A stretch of DNA of 64,000 nt, from the NCBI RefSeq assembly GCF_030028105.1, contig NC_092370.1, positions 113,846,793 through 113,910,792 on the forward strand, given 5' to 3'. The notes below the pieces were generated by a model. The model was given only the letters and a program-made list of their open reading frames with translations. It searched no databases and was not told where the DNA came from. A program made the position numbers and the translations under genes. Source of the stretch: Mobula birostris (taxonomy: Eukaryota). Positions 53,013 through 64,000 of the stretch are shown here, in pieces (within the stretch, counting starts at the first letter, position 1; every line of letters begins with the position of its first letter).

Positions 53013-55408
53013 AAGACCATAAGACCAGAAGACAAAGGAGCAGAAGTCGGTCATTCGGCCCATCGAGTCTGCTCTGCCATTTTATCATGATCTGATCCAT
53101 TCTCCCATTTAGTCCCACTCTCTCGCCTTCTCACCAGAACCTTTGATGCCCTGGCTACTCAGATACCTATCAATCTCTCCGTTAAATACATTCCGTGACT
53201 TGGCCTCCACTGCCGCCCGTGGCAACAAATTCCATTCATTCACCACCCTCTGGCTAAAAAAAATTCTTCGCATCTCTGTTCTGAGTGGGCGCGATTCAAT
53301 CCCCAAGTCATGCCCTCTCGTACTAGACTCCCCCATCATAGGAAACAACTTTGCCACATCCACTCTGTCCATGCCTTTCAACATTCGAAATATTTCTATG
53401 AGGTCCCCCCTCATTGTTCTAAACTCCATGGAATACAGTCCAGGAGCTGGCAAACGTTCCTCATATGTTAACCTCTCATTCCTGGAATCATTCTAGTGAA
53501 TCTTCTCTGTACCCTCTCCAACCTCAGCACATCCTTTCTTAAATAAGGAGACCAAAACTGCCCACAGTACTCCAAGTGAGGTCTCACCAGCATCTTATAG
53601 AGCCTCAACATCACATCCCTGCTCCTATACTTCATTCCTCTAGAAATGAATGCCAACATTGCATTCGCCTTCTTCACCACTGACTCAACCTGGAGGTTAA
53701 CCTTAAGGGTATCCTGAACGAGGACTCCCTAGTCCCGTTGCATCTCAGAACTTTGAATTCTCTCCCCATTTAAATAATAGTCTTCCCATTTATTTTTTCT
53801 GCCAAAGTGCATAACCATACACTTTCCAACATTGTATTTCATTTGCCACTTTGCCCATTCTTCCAATCTATCCAAGTCTCTCTGCAGACTCTCCATTTCC
53901 TCAGCACTACCGGCCCCTCTAACTATCTTCGTATCATCAGCAAACTTAGCCACAAAGCCATCTATTCCATAATCCAAATCGTTGATGTACAACGTAAAAA
54001 GAAGCAGCCCCAACGCGGGCCCCTGTGGAACACCACTGGTAACCGGCAGCCAACCAGAATAGGATCCCTTTATTCCCACTCTGTTTCCTGCCAATCAGCC
54101 AACACTCTATCCACATATGTAACTTTCCCGTAATTCCATGGGCTCTTATCTTGTTAAGTAGCCTCATGTGTGGCACCTTGTCAAAGGCCTTCTGAAAATC
54201 CAAATATACAACATCCACTGCATCTCCCTTGTCTAGCCTACTTGTAATTTCCTCAAAAAATTGTAATAGGTTTGTTAGGCAGGATTTTCCTTTAAGGAAA
54301 CCATGCTGAGTTCTGCCTATCTTGTCATATGCCTCCAGGTACTACGTAACCTCATCCTTGACAATCGACTCCAACAACGTCCCAACCACAGATGTCAAGC
54401 TAACAGGTCTATAATTTACTTTTTGCTTCCTTGTCCCCTTCTTAAATAGCGGAGTGATATTTGCAATCTTCCAGTCCTCCGGAACCATGCCAGAATCTAT
54501 TGAGTTTTAAAAGATCATTGCTAATGCCTCCGCAATCTCCACAGCTACTTCCCAATACCCAATCCAGTACAGCTGATCCCTTAGTGGGCTCAGCAACAAG
54601 CTGCTCTAAAAAAGCCATCTCGCAGAGATTCTACAAATTCTCTCCCTTGAGATCCAGTCCTGACCCGATTTTCCCAATCCACTCTCATGCTAAAATCCCC
54701 ACAATTATCATAATAATGCCCTTCTGACAAGCCTTTTCTATTTCTTGTTGTAATTTGTAGTCCACATCATTGCAGCTGTTTGGAGGCCTGTATATAACTG
54801 CCATCAGTTTCCTTTTACCCCTGCGATTTCTTAGCTCAACGCATAAAGATTCTGCACATTCTGATCCTATGTCACCTCTTTCTAATGATTTGATATAATT
54901 TCTTACCAATAAAGCCACGACACCCCCTCTACCTACCTTCCTATCCTTCCGATACACCGTGTATACTTGGATGTTCAGCTCCCAGAGACATGCATCCTTT
55001 AGCCACGTCTCAGTGATGGCTACAATATTATTCCTGCCAATCTGTAGCTGTAGTACAAGATCATCCACCTTATTCCTTATGCTGCGTGCATTTAAGTATA
55101 ACACCTTAAGACCAGTATTTGGTACTTTTCGCTTTGATTGCACTGCAACTCATCCCAATGGCTACAAATTTGTTCCATCACCTGCCTGTCTTTCCTGACA
55201 TCTTTACTGCTCACTATCTTAGATTTATTTCTGTTTTCCCCTTCCTCCGCTCTATCATTCCGGTTCCCATCCCCCTGCCAAATTAGTTTAAACCCTCCCT
55301 AAGAGCTCTATTAAACCTTCCGGTCAGGATATTAGTCCTTTTCGGGTTCAGGTGTAACCTGTCCATTTTGAACAGGTCATACTTCCCCCAGAAGAGATCC
55401 CCCAGAAG
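53013..55408 (-). mobile_element. CR1-clade LINE (ORF1 3' end plus broken ORF2 with an internal deletion), private to cassette D
   Basis: ORF1 esterase end DLFWGKYDLFKMDRLHLNP; endonuclease LKVLYLNARSIRNKVD (54685-55143); RT YLDFQKAFDKVPH and AKFADDTK; TCTTATGG-type tail; possible AAAT TSD at 53009-53012 and 55409-55412. Confidence 0.9.
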
Positions 55409-55844
55409 AAATCAAGGAACTGGATATAATCTCCAGAGATCAGGACAAAAACAAGGTGGTCGAGGGAGGCATATAAGTGGTTATTGCTATATGGAATTCC
55501 TTCGAGTGGTCTCTCACATTTTCAAGGACACATCTATGGATCTGAATAAATACACCTGCACCATGTAGGTTCAATGGGCACCTACATCATGGACTTTTGA
55601 AAATCAGTTGTAGACGTGTGCCTTCCCACAAAATCATTCAGAGTCTTCTCTCGCCAGAAGCCTTGAATGAATCACGAAGTCAGCAATTTGCTGAGGGCCA
55701 GATCAGAACATTCAAGTCTGGTGACCAGGAAAGTTACAAGAGGTCCTGGTACATTCTCTGAAAAGCCTCCTTATGGGCAAAGCCTAATTATTTACCAGAC
55801 TAAACCTGAATTAACGAAGGATTGGAGAATCCTTTGTTAATCAA

Positions 55845-56475
55845 AACGGGAGGAGAAGATGGCGGTGCGATGCAGCGCGCGCAGCTCTCCAGTGAAATAA
55901 TATCGTATTTGTAAGTAGGATGCCCTGCACAATTCTAATTTGATGGAGACAGACGTGAGAAGCGCAGAGGAACATCTGGAGAAATTTCTGAAATGCCTGG
56001 TTTGCTGCCGCTGCTACTGTACGATCGAGAATCTCCGGAGGAAAGGCCCCAAAATCCCCGGCTTTGCCTGCTGCTGGCGACCGAGGCTGGGGTTCGAAGC
56101 GTTCGACAGAGATGGTGCTCGGTACTCGGTGTCGGAGGGCTGATCGGAGCTCGAGGTTTTCGGACGACTCAGAGTCGGACTGTGGTCCGGCATTGCAGGG
56201 AGAGTTTTCTTCCTTCTCCTGAGGGTGAGGTGTGGGACTTCGAGAGACTTTGAACTTTTTTACTGTGCTCACGGCCTGTTCTTCATCAAGTTACGGCATT
56301 GTTGTACTGTTGTAACTATATGTTATAATTATGTGTTTTTGTTACTTTTTCAGTCTTCGTCTGTCCTGTGTTTCTGTGATTTCACACCGGAGGAATATTG
56401 TATCATTTCTTAATGCATGCATTACCAAATGACAATAAAAGAGGACTTCATGTCCTCATAATCTAATCTCATCTA
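55845..56475 (+). mobile_element. Non-coding interspersed repeat of about 630 bp with an ATCTA-type tail (probable non-autonomous retroposon)
   Basis: Starts AACGGGAGG..GAAGATGGC and ends AATGACAATAAAAGAGGAC...CATAATCTAATCT. A related copy in the opposite orientation is at about 61041-61728. It is absent from the paralogous sites. Confidence 0.7.
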
Positions 56476-57862
56476 GTAGTCAATAGTTGTGGCAGGGCTT
56501 GAATGCTATCACTTCTTATAAAGTAAAATCAATTGACATAGGTGACAACAGGGCTCACTTCTACATGAACGCAATGCCGTCTGTGCTTCCTTTGACCGTC
56601 AAAACATGGAGGAACCATCACAAGCACTCACAGCGCCAGACGATCGAGTGATTTTAGTCTCTGAGGCTGATGTACGGGCAGCCTTCTGGAAGATGAACCC
56701 ATGAAAATCATCCAGCCCAGACATGATACTTGGCCAAGTACTGTAGACCAGTGTTAATTAACTGGCGGGACTGTTCACTGATCTTCAACCTGTCTCTTTG
56801 GCTGATGTACCCATCTGCTTCAATCAGACTTCACTGATTCTGGTGCCCGAGAAGAACATGGTAACCTGCCTCAATGACTAAAGTCCAGTATCATTTACAT
56901 CCACAGTGAGGAAATGTTTAAGGAGTGATGTTTTAGGGAAAGCAACATCCGTCATCAGAAACACCACCCACCCCACCCCTCCCCCACATTGCAGATCATG
57001 CTCTCCTCTCACTGCTCCCATCAGGAAGTACGTACAGGAGCCTCAGAACTACACCACCAGGTTCAGCAACAGGAATTACCCCTCCACAATCATGCTCTTG
57101 AACCAAATGGTATAACTTCAGTTGACCCATCACTGAAATGTTCCCACAACATATGGGCTCACTTTCAAGGATATTCACCTCATTTCCTCAGTATTTATTG
57201 CTTAATTAGTTGTGTGTGATTGAACTAGAGAGGACGCATAAAAGATTCATAAGTATGTTTCTGGGATTGGAGGATTTTAGTTATAGCAATCGGATATGTC
57301 GGGACTGTTTTCCGCGGAATAAAGGAGTCTGACTGGCGACTGTGCAGAGATTTAAAACAATTCTAAGGCCCATTGAGCTCTACAGAACAAAATCAGGCCC
57401 TTCTGCGTAACTCGGCCTTACCAAGCAAGTTACGCACGTAAACCAGTCCCGTTTACCTGCATTTCACCTGTTTTACTCTGAACCTTTCTTATCCATGTTG
57501 ATGCCCAAATGACTTTTAAATCTGTTGATGGTTCCTGTCTCTAACTCCTCCTTTGGCAGCTTGTTGACTATGCCCACCGCCCTTTCCCTGAAGAACCTAC
57601 CACACAGGTCGCTTATAGATCTTGCCCCTCTCACTTTAAATCTATCGTCTCTAGTTTGGGCTTTCGTACGCTGCGGAAATATTCTCCCAATTCACTGTTC
57701 TCGAGCGGCGGGTGTAAATGAATAGACTGTTGATGAGGCTGATCGGGTAACTTTCGTGGAATGGATAGAGTTCTTTATCCGAAGAGAGGTGATGGCATTT
57801 ATGGTATAAGCTGCGAATTCGCTGAGTCGGAAACGATTAGTGTGACCTCTACGCTGAGGAAG

Positions 57863-57901
57863 AGTTTTTCTCAGCAGCTCCGGTTGCAGTTTAACTCTGT
57901 G
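57863..57901 (-). other. 23-RSS of V4 with a mutated nonamer
   Basis: CACAGAG (57901-57895), 23 nt, AGAAAAACT (57871-57863). Confidence 0.9.
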
Positions 57902-58314
57902 GGTCCCAGTAGGCACAGTAATAGGTGCCAGAATCCTGTTGCTGGAGACGGGTCACAGTTAGCATATTCTGCTTTGGTCCAGCATTGTACGCTGCAAATT
58001 TGTTATCAAATCCAGCTTCGCGTACGTTGCCCCCATTATTGTAATACTGGACGTTGCCCATCTGGCTGCCGGTACCAGTGGATTACGTGCGTGTTCGCTG
58101 TCCCCAGATCGCAGCTCATGTCGGCACGTTTGCCCACATTATTGGTGATGGACATCGGAGACTGTACCAATTCAGCACAGGGACATCTGCCTGTGGAAAC
58201 CGAAATCAAAGTCATAACGTGTTTAAAAGTCTGAAACAAACAGAGAGTAAATAGATGAAAATCAATCAACTAACGGAGGAAAAGTATCACAAAAGCCACG
58301 CAACCCAGCCGCAT
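57902..58314 (-). pseudogene. TRGV: TRGV-type pseudogene V4. Leader 58314-58275, intron 58274-58191, V exon 58190-57902.
   Basis: The V exon is 289 nt. An 11-nt deletion near 58046 (loss of GAGGATCCTGA relative to V2) gives QRPVLQ*. The downstream frame still reads YYNNGGNVREAGFDNKFAAYNAGPKQNMLTVTRLQQQDSGTYYCAYWD. Confidence 0.9.
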
Positions 58315-58580
58315 GGTGTTTGTCGAGTTGTGACTGTATTTGACACGGATTTAGATGTGGCCTGGCTAGTTATAAACAACAGAACGCTTCACGTCCGACT
58401 TTCTCTCAAAGTGTCACAGACCACGCCTTCCAAACCCATTTGAAAACGACACTATTATTTCCTCTGCATAAAGTGAGATTTTGTTAGAATTGCACAGCAG
58501 TTCATTGAACGATTTTTTGGGGGTTCGAACTTGCTCCGCTTAACATGAAGAAATCCGTCACGATAACAGGCCTTTCGGGG

Positions 58581-61500
58581 CCAAGCCCGGGCTATCCAAT
58601 TGCATCAATGCGATCAATTGACCTACTAACCCGCAAACAGTAGAAATATTGCAGATGCTGAAGACTTCACACGCTGATATCTCGCCTTCCTTTCCAGTCC
58701 TGAAAAAGGGTTTCAGTCCGAAACGTCGACTATTTACTATTTTCCATAAATGCTGCTTGGCCTGCTGAGTTCCTACAGCACTTTGTATATTTTGATTTGG
58801 GCGCCTACTAATCCTTACGTCTTTTGAACGTGGGAGGAAACCGGAGCAGCCGGAGGAAACCCACACGGTCACAGGAAGAACGTACAAATTCCCTTCAGGA
58901 GAACGACGGGATTTAACCTGGGTCGCTGGCGCTATAATGGCGTTACACTAACCAATCCGGACCTTTCCGTTACAAAATTTCCCCAAAGTAGTCATCTCCT
59001 GCCAGTTGTCTTCAGTAACACGTCAACATATTTAAAATATTTATCATCCCTTTATCGCTGTTTTGTGACATTCCCGAAATTTCCCGCCGAACACCACAGT
59101 TGGAGCAAGTGGTTTCAGAGCGGCGGACGGGGGAGGTGGGTTGGGGTGTTGTTCGGCGCCTTCAGACGTCAGGAGTACATGGAGATAATTCTCACAGACA
59201 CCCCCGGTTTCTCCATCTTGGCCTTCACTTTGCCTAATCTTTTGTCTCCGGAGTCTGTGACAGAGCAAGGAGAGCGATATTCTCCCCACAAGCGCCGCCA
59301 AAGTGCCGACCCTGGACCTGTCTCGCATCCGCCCCCGTCGCCGCGACCGTATTCCGTGTACGTTCCGTTGGGTGGGATGTTTGATGAACCGAATGCCATC
59401 TGCACCATGTCTGTGAATCTGTTCATCTTTCCCTATTAACGTGGTTTTAATTATTCCAACTGGGCAGAACCTGTCATTAAATATTAACTCACATTGGCTT
59501 CCGCTGTGAAATTTGAAAGGACCATATCTAATTTATTATTTAGCGATACAGCACGAAGTAGGCCCAATCACCCTCGACAAACGGTATTAACCCTAACCCA
59601 GTCACGGAACAATTTACAACCCGGAGGTGTAATAGCGTCGCGCTAATCGCTACGCTTCCGCAGTGCCTGGGCAGTGTACGTCCTTTATCGAGGGACCATC
59701 TTTTCTGTCGCTGTAAACGTCCAAGTGCCATAACTAACCAGGTCCTAGTTGTGCACCTCCCGCAAACCTTCTCCCTGAGTCAACTCATTCGTTAACAATT
59801 TCTCCTTCCGATAACTCCTTTAGGACAGATTAGGTTAATCGATTCAGAAACTTCCTGCGTACATGCTCCGACTGTAATCGCTCTCTCAGGCGTAAAACGA
59901 TAAGTCACAAGAGCAGGATTAGGCCATTCGATCCATTGAGTCAGCTCGGCAATTTAATCATATCTGTTTCCTTTTCCCTTTCAGACCCATTTGTTGGCTT
60001 CTTCGAATACCTTTTGACACCGTGAGTAATCAAGTACCAATCAGCCTCGGCTTCAGTAAATCCAATAACTTGGCCTCCATGGCCGATTGTGGCAACGAAT
60101 TTCACAGATTCTCAGAAATTCATCCTCGTTTCTGTTCTGAAATGATGTTCTATTATGTGTCTGTGCCCTTTGGTCCTGGACTCCCCCACTACTGGAAAAT
60201 CCTCTCATCGTTCAGGCCTTTACATATTCAGTAGGTTTCACAGAGATATCCCTTAGTCTTCTAGGCTGCAGCGAGAACAGGCCTGCTACCATCAAACGTT
60301 CCTTAGTGATAAATCTTTCATTCTTGGAACCATTCTCTTAAACCTCCTCTGGACCCTCTCTAATGCCAGGACATTCTTTCTCGGATATGGATCCCAAAAT
60401 CACAGAAAATACTCCATATGTAGTCTACCGATCTCTTATAAAGACTCAACATTACAACTTTTTTATTTATTAGATATCTGAATGGACAATGAATCAACAT
60501 GTGCTACCTCACTGTTTTTTCTTGTTCTGCACACTTTTTCTCTACTTATTTAATTTAATATATATCTTATTGTAATTTATAGTTTTTATTATATATTGCA
60601 CTGCACTGCAGCTGCAAATGACACTTCTATGACCTACGTAAGTGATATTAAACCTGATTCCCCTTCTATTTTGATTATATTCTAGACCCCTCGAAATGAT
60701 TGCTGTCATTGCATTTGCCTTCTCCACTACTGACTCAAACAGCAAGTTAGCCTTTCGGGAATCCTGCACTAGAACTCTCAAGTCTTCTTGCACATTCGGT
60801 TTCTGCTTTCTCCCTCTCTTCACAGAATATTCTGTGCCTTCAGTCCTTCTACCAAAGTGCATGGCCAAACACTGTGTTCCATCTGCCACTTTTTTCTCCA
60901 TTCTCCTTGTCTGTCCGGGTCCTTTTGCAGACTTCCTGCCCTCTATTATGCTTTTATGCTATCTTTGACCACCCTTAACTCTGTTTCTCTTTATACCGAT
61001 GCCATCTGTCCATATGAGTATTTTAAGCATTTTATGTTTTTTTTTTAGATTATGAGAAAACCCAGTCCTCTTTTATTGTCATTTAGAAATGCATACATGC
61101 ATTAAGAAATGATGCAATGTTTCTCCGGAGTGATATCACAGAAAGCAGGGACAGACCAAAGACTAACACTGACAGAACCACATAATTATAGCATATAGTT
61201 ACAGCAGTGCAAGACAATACCATAATTTGATGAAGAACAGATCATAGGCACAGTTAAAAAAGTCTAAAAGTCCGAGTCGATCGACTCCCAAGTCCCCGAT
61301 AGCAGGCGGCAAAAGGGAGAAACTCCCTGCCATAAACCTCCAGGCACCATCAACTTGCCGAAGCCTTGAAAACACCCGACCACAGCCGACACTGAGTCAT
61401 TCCGTCCGAAAACTCCAGGCTTCCGACCACCCTATCCGATACAGCCTCCCGAGCGCCATCCTCTGCCGGGCGCCTTCGACCTTTCCCCGGCCGCTGAAAC

Positions 61501-64000
61501 ACGCAAAGCCGAGGATTTCGAGGCCTTCAGCTCCGGAGATTCCGGTTACCACACAGTAGCAGCGGCAGCGAAGCGGACATTTCAGAAATTTTCCAGATGT
61601 CCCTCCGTGTTGTCACGTCTATCTCCATCAAAACTGGATTGTGCACAGTCCCCTACTTGACAGATAACAGATATCATCACCGAAGTGGCCGCGCGCGCTG
61701 CCGCTGCCATCTTCTTCCCCCTCCCGTTGAGTAACAGAGCCCAGATATAGGCCCTTCGGCCCCAATGGTCCATGCTGACCACAGCATCCTCCCTGCTAGT
61801 TCCAGCTGCTGCATTTGAGTCAGAGTCCTTCAAGCCCTTTCCTTCCATTTACCTATGCAAATACATCGTAAATATTACAAATGCACCATCTCAACCACTT
61901 CCTCAGGCAGCTCACTATCCTTTGCATAAAGAGATTACCTTTGTTTCAGAAAGGAAGGTGGGGCGGGGGGGGGGGGAGAAGAGGCCAGTAGTAGTGATAG
62001 AGGTCATTGGTTAGCACTACTTAGTGAAACAGACAGGAGGACCAGAGACAAGAACAAGACTCTTGGATGGTATATTGCCTCCCAGATACAGAGGATCAGA
62101 GATATCTTGAATTGAGTCCATAGCCATCTTAAGGGGGAGGGTGAGAAGCGATATGTCATGGTAAATAATGATACCAATGATATAAGCAGGAAAAGGGATG
62201 AGGACTTGCAAAATGAGTTCAGGGAATAAGGTACAAAGTTAAAAGAGAGGACCTCCAAGATGGAGATCACACGAAGCTATCCATTGTAGTGAGGTAAAAA
62301 AAAATAAGGAAGACTGTGCAGTTTAACATATGACTAAGCAGATGGTGCATGGGAGAGGGCTTCTGAGTTTTTGGATCACTGAGCTCCATTCCAGGGCTGG
62401 TGGGATCTCTGTAAATAGGACAGTTTCACTCAATCTGGAGAGGAACCAATAGCTTTACAGGAAGGTTTGCTAATCCTGCTCGGAAGTGTTCAAACTGATG
62501 TTTAAGAGGGATGGTATCCAGAGTGGCAGGACAGCAATGAAGTAGTTGTGGAAAAAAAAATGTCATGACTACAATCAAAGATTTTGTGGATGTTGCTTTT
62601 GATTTCCAGCATATTTTGTATTTCTCGTTTTTAAGCAGAGATGCAAATTGAAAGATTCAGCAGGGTGGATAAATGTTCTGAGTTGCCTCTATTGCAAGAT
62701 AAGGACGGTTGTGGGTAAGGCTGATGCACATAGAGCATGGATCCATGTGTGGACTTACGATGTTGAAACCATTATTGAGACATGGTTACAGGAGTGTGAG
62801 GACTGACAGCCCATTGTTCTGGCATTCCGCTGATTTAGACATGTCAGAGAAGGAGGTATTAAAGGGAGAGGGATTACTCTTCCATAACTGTTATAATGTC
62901 ATTGCAATGCTCAGATGATATACAGAAGGCTCATCTGCCAAGGCAACTTTCATGAATCTGTGGACTATACAATGGATGACCATGTTAATGGGACTTTATA
63001 GAGTTTATAATAGTCAGCAGGATTTGGACAGACAAATTGATAGGAAGATAGCAGACAGTTGCAAGAAATATAAGGTTGTTACAATAACACATACAAGATG
63101 CAAGAGTAACTCAGCAGGGAAGGCAGCAACTGCAAAAGGAATAAACAGTCAATTTTTTTGGCTGCGACTCTTCATCAGGATTCATGAAGGGTCCTGATGA
63201 AGAGTCTTGGTCTGAAGCATTGACGCTTTATTCCATTTCATGGGAAAACCTGACCTCATGAGTTCCTCCAGGATTTTTGATGTGTTACTCTGGATTTCCA
63301 GCATCTGAAGAATCTCTAGTGTTTAGGTTGAGATAGTGGGTGATTTTCACTTTCTGCGTATTGATTGGGACTCCCATATTGCAAAAGAAGTGGATGAGAT
63401 GGAGTTTGTCAAATATGTTCAGGAAAGTTTCATTATCAACATGCAGAATTCCCAACAAAAGAGAGCAGAATTATGGCTCTCTTCTCCGGAAATGAGACAG
63501 GGCAGGTGACAGAAGTGAATATAGGGAAACACTTTGGATATAGTGATCATAATTCCATAGACTTCAAAATAATTAGGGAGTTTCTATAGGATTGGTTTTC
63601 AGATTAAGATTCCAAAATGGAGGAAGAGAAATTATGCTGGCATCAGAAGCAATCTGCCAGGTGTGGATTGGGATAGACTGTTTTCTAACAAAGAGACACT
63701 GGCAGGTGTTGGTCTTCAACATAATTGAGTATTGAGAGTATACAATATGTATATTTCTATTAGGATAAAAAGCAAGGTTGGCACCTTGAGGGAACCTTGT
63801 TTATAATGGGATATTGAACACCTTGTAATCAAAAAAGAAGCACATATCAGGTATTGGCAGGTAGTGTTAAATGGGGCACTTGAGGAATATAAGACATACA
63901 AGAAAACACACGCGGAAGATCAGGAAGGCTGAAAAGGGATACATGGTTAATCTAGCATACCAGTTAAACCAGAATCCAAGGGTTCTACAAATATTGTGAG
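58581..64000. repeat. Cassette E (V4 upstream), truncated by the window end
   Basis: Colinear with A from 1 to about 6.5 kb. Confidence 0.88.
61041..61728 (-). mobile_element. Second member of the same family of about 650 bp, private to cassette E
   Basis: Its reverse complement has matching ends (AACGGGAGG..GAAGATGGC; AATGACAATAAAAGAGGAC..TCATAATCT). It interrupts sequence that is contiguous in A (about 3055-3080). Confidence 0.7.

Larger units (their letters stand above)
41040..58580. repeat. Cassette D (V3 upstream through V4), with an internal duplication of about 4 kb
   Basis: Near 45887 the sequence jumps back to ATGCCATCTGTCCATATGAG (first seen near 42295) and repeats the A 3.0-7.0 kb segment. 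Confidence 0.85.

Noticed and set aside
55841-56272. 143-aa ORF as a host gene
   Set aside because: It lies entirely within an inserted repeat, has no recognisable domain and is absent from the paralogous cassettes.

Overview
Eukaryotic, repeat-rich DNA. The CR1, Penelope and SINE families point to a cartilaginous fish, probably a ray (inference). The window is part of a T-cell receptor gamma-type V-gene array. Four V segments of one family lie on the minus strand, each with a 40-nt leader exon, an 84-nt intron, a V exon of about 300 nt and a 23-spacer RSS. V1 (15754-16177) and V2 (24419-24842) look intact. V3 (40424-40847) is open but has lost about 75 bp of proximal promoter and the conserved FR3 Asp. 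V4 (57902-58314) is a frameshifted pseudogene. Each V sits in a tandemly duplicated cassette about 90% identical by eye (starts at about 1, 16449, 25113, 41040 and 58581), so a fifth V should lie just left of the window. The cassettes share old CR1, chromovirus and SINE debris. They differ by later insertions: a full-length Ty3/gypsy element with both LTRs and a tRNA-Trp PBS, a solo LTR, younger CR1s, Penelope fragments and an internally deleted HERO-like element. No D, J or C segment was found. Top leads: (1) a single-family TRGV expansion with an excess of replacement changes; (2) a CpG-rich block with Runx/Myb, CRE-like and GATA motifs and a persistently open frame, copied about 750 bp upstream of every V; (3) an in-frame N-/C-terminal fusion derivative of HERO; (4) two independent insertions at the same paralogous site. 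All counts are by hand, and no database search was possible.
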